From an uncultured Myxococcaceae bacterium (GTDB taxonomy: Bacteria > Myxococcota_A > Polyangia > Polyangiales > Ga0077539): DNA of 64,000 bases. Below, piece after piece: positions 62,816 to 64,000 of the stretch. The notes below the pieces were generated by a model. It was not told where the DNA came from, ran no database searches, and was given only the letters and a program-made list of their open reading frames with translations. Made by a program: the position numbers and the translations under genes. The stretch's first letter is position 1; every line of letters begins with the position of its first letter. The stretch covers positions 17,450 through 81,449 of the forward strand of contig CAYUSB010000011.1 of the NCBI GenBank assembly GCA_964447205.1, read 5' to 3'.

Positions 62816-63418
62816 TCACACCACGCCCGCGACGGTCGCCACGAGCGCTGCCAGGGCCCCGAACGCGGCCAGGGCGAACACCGCCCCGCAGCCCTTCCTC
62901 TGCGCCTCCAGCGCCGCGGGGGAGCGCGGACGGATGCGCGCGGGGCCGACGATCTCATCCCAACTGTCGTTGTACCCTTCGTAGTGAATCAGCCACGCCG
63001 CGGGGCCCTCCGCGCGGAGCACCACCCCGGGATACCAGCGCTGCTTCCACAGAACATCGACGGCCGATCCGGCCGGGTACTGCAGGCCCTGGGGTTCGGG
63101 CCCGCCGCCGTGGGCTGCGTCGTCGCGGGGGCGGATGCGGTCGGGCCCCACGTCCTCGTCGTACCCGCTGCCGTACCCGTCGTAGTGGATGCGCCAACGC
63201 TGCGGCCCCACCTCGGCCAGGACCCGGGCGTCCCACCACGACCGACCCCAATACACGACCACCGCCTGCCCCCGGGTGTACTGCGCGGCCCCGCGGGCGG
63301 GGGCCGTCCGGTGCACCGCGTGGACGTGCTTGCAGTAGGCGCAGGGGATGAAGCTGGCGTCGCCCGGATCGGTCAGACCCGCCCCGCACTGGCAGCATCG
63401 AAGAGGTTGCACGATCAT
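62816..63418 (-). CDS. zinc-ribbon + tandem Tudor/Agenet-like repeats + C-terminal TM anchor
   Basis: ATG 63418. Sequence CCQCGAG...CAYCKH. Two repeats of W..A.V......W.IHY.GY....DE.VGP.RIRPR. Tail GAVFALAAFGALAALVATVAGVV. Confidence 0.55.
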   Translation of the reverse strand: MIVQPLRCCQCGAGLTDPGDASFIPCAYCKHVHAVHRTAPARGAAQYTRGQAVVVYWGRSWWDARVLAEVGPQRWRIHYDGYGSGYDEDVGPDRIRPRDDAAHGGGPEPQGLQYPAGSAVDVLWKQRWYPGVVLRAEGPAAWLIHYEGYNDSWDEIVGPARIRPRSPAALEAQRKGCGAVFALAAFGALAALVATVAGVV

Positions 63419-63499
63419 CGCAGGGGCTCCCGCGGGGCCGAGGATACCCGATCCGGCCGTCGAGGCGAGGAGACAAGCCTTGCGCCGGGGTCTGTGATC

Positions 63500-63516
63500 T
63501 GTCATACTGTATGACA
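63500..63516. promoter_or_regulatory. 17-bp perfect palindrome, candidate TetR operator
   Basis: TGTCATAC-T-GTATGACA ends on the A of the TetR start codon. Lies in the 97-bp divergent intergenic region. Confidence 0.5.
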
Positions 63517-64000
63517 TGAAGTCAATCGGTATGCCATCGGCACCTCGCACCTCCGGACTGCGTGGCGAGCAGACCGATGCGGTGCGCGAGCGGCTCCTGG
63601 TGGCGGCCCTGGCCGTGATCGAGGGCGAGCGGGAGCCAACCATGCGCGCGGTGGCGGCGGAGGCGGGGGTCGCAGAGCGCACGGTGTATCGGTACTTCGC
63701 GAGCCGCGACGCGCTCTACGAGGCCCTGCGGCCGCGGTTTCAGGGGCGGGCGGGGGTGCCCCTGTGCGCGGAGGCCCACGGGCTGGAGGCGTACGTTCGG
63801 GCCCTCTACACGACCTTCGAGGACAACCGGGCCCTGGTGATGGCCCTGGTGATGGCCCCCTGGGCCGTGCCCTTCCTGCAACGGAGCCGCGCGGACAACC
63901 TCCGGGCCCTCGGGGCCCTGCTCGACACGGCCTTCCCGGGCGCTCCGGCGTCGGAGCGGGCCTCGGCAGCGGCGGCCCTCCGGATGCCCCTGTCGGCCGC
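63516..64000 (+). CDS. TetR/AcrR-family transcriptional regulator (3' end beyond window)
   Basis: Not in the track (no stop in the window). My translation gives MKSIGMPSAPRTSGLRGEQTDAVRERLLVAALAVIEGEREPTMRAVAAEAGVAERTVYRYFASRDALYEAL, with the TetR HTH. Confidence 0.8.
   Translation, partial: MKSIGMPSAPRTSGLRGEQTDAVRERLLVAALAVIEGEREPTMRAVAAEAGVAERTVYRYFASRDALYEALRPRFQGRAGVPLCAEAHGLEAYVRALYTTFEDNRALVMALVMAPWAVPFLQRSRADNLRALGALLDTAFPGAPASERASAAAALRMPLSA

Overview
High-GC (~70% by hand counts) bacterial chromosome segment, most likely Myxococcota. Supporting this: a MYXO-CTERM-like sorting tail, a Cys-rich-repeat/RCC1 lipoprotein, a eukaryote-like Ser/Thr kinase, a GldA/F/G-like ABC cluster, many Cys-rich lipoproteins and T6SS vgrG. 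I call about 57 protein-coding genes, 3 pseudogenes, 1 IS110-family remnant and several non-coding repeat or hairpin elements. By eye I found no rRNA, tRNA or CRISPR array. Housekeeping anchors are rsmE, ribH-nusB, selA, miaE and a panE-like gene. Accessory content: (i) An intact vgrG + DUF2169 module lies at the left edge, and the 3' end of its vgrG is a low-GC cassette. (ii) A degraded second vgrG/pentapeptide module at 55.6-57.3 kb abuts an IS110 remnant and is followed by a tandem-domain orphan and a frameshifted gene. (iii) The most interesting locus is a ~2.7 kb low-GC (about 50%) four-gene operon at 26.06-28.62 kb. It holds two tandem ~130-aa paralogs, a 10-bp intercistronic hairpin, a 354-aa Gly/Cys-rich protein with no signal peptide, and a translationally coupled Cys-rich exported protein. 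I cannot place any of these in a known family. (iv) A 460-bp gap between convergent genes holds a perfect 53-bp inverted repeat and six phased (42-44 bp) copies of the 14-bp palindrome GGTGGTCGACCACC. (v) Two minimal-nucleotidyltransferase genes each overlap a small ORF. All functional calls rest on motif recognition from memory, not database searches. Start codons are best guesses. Many long ORFs in the supplied track are GC-driven antisense shadows.
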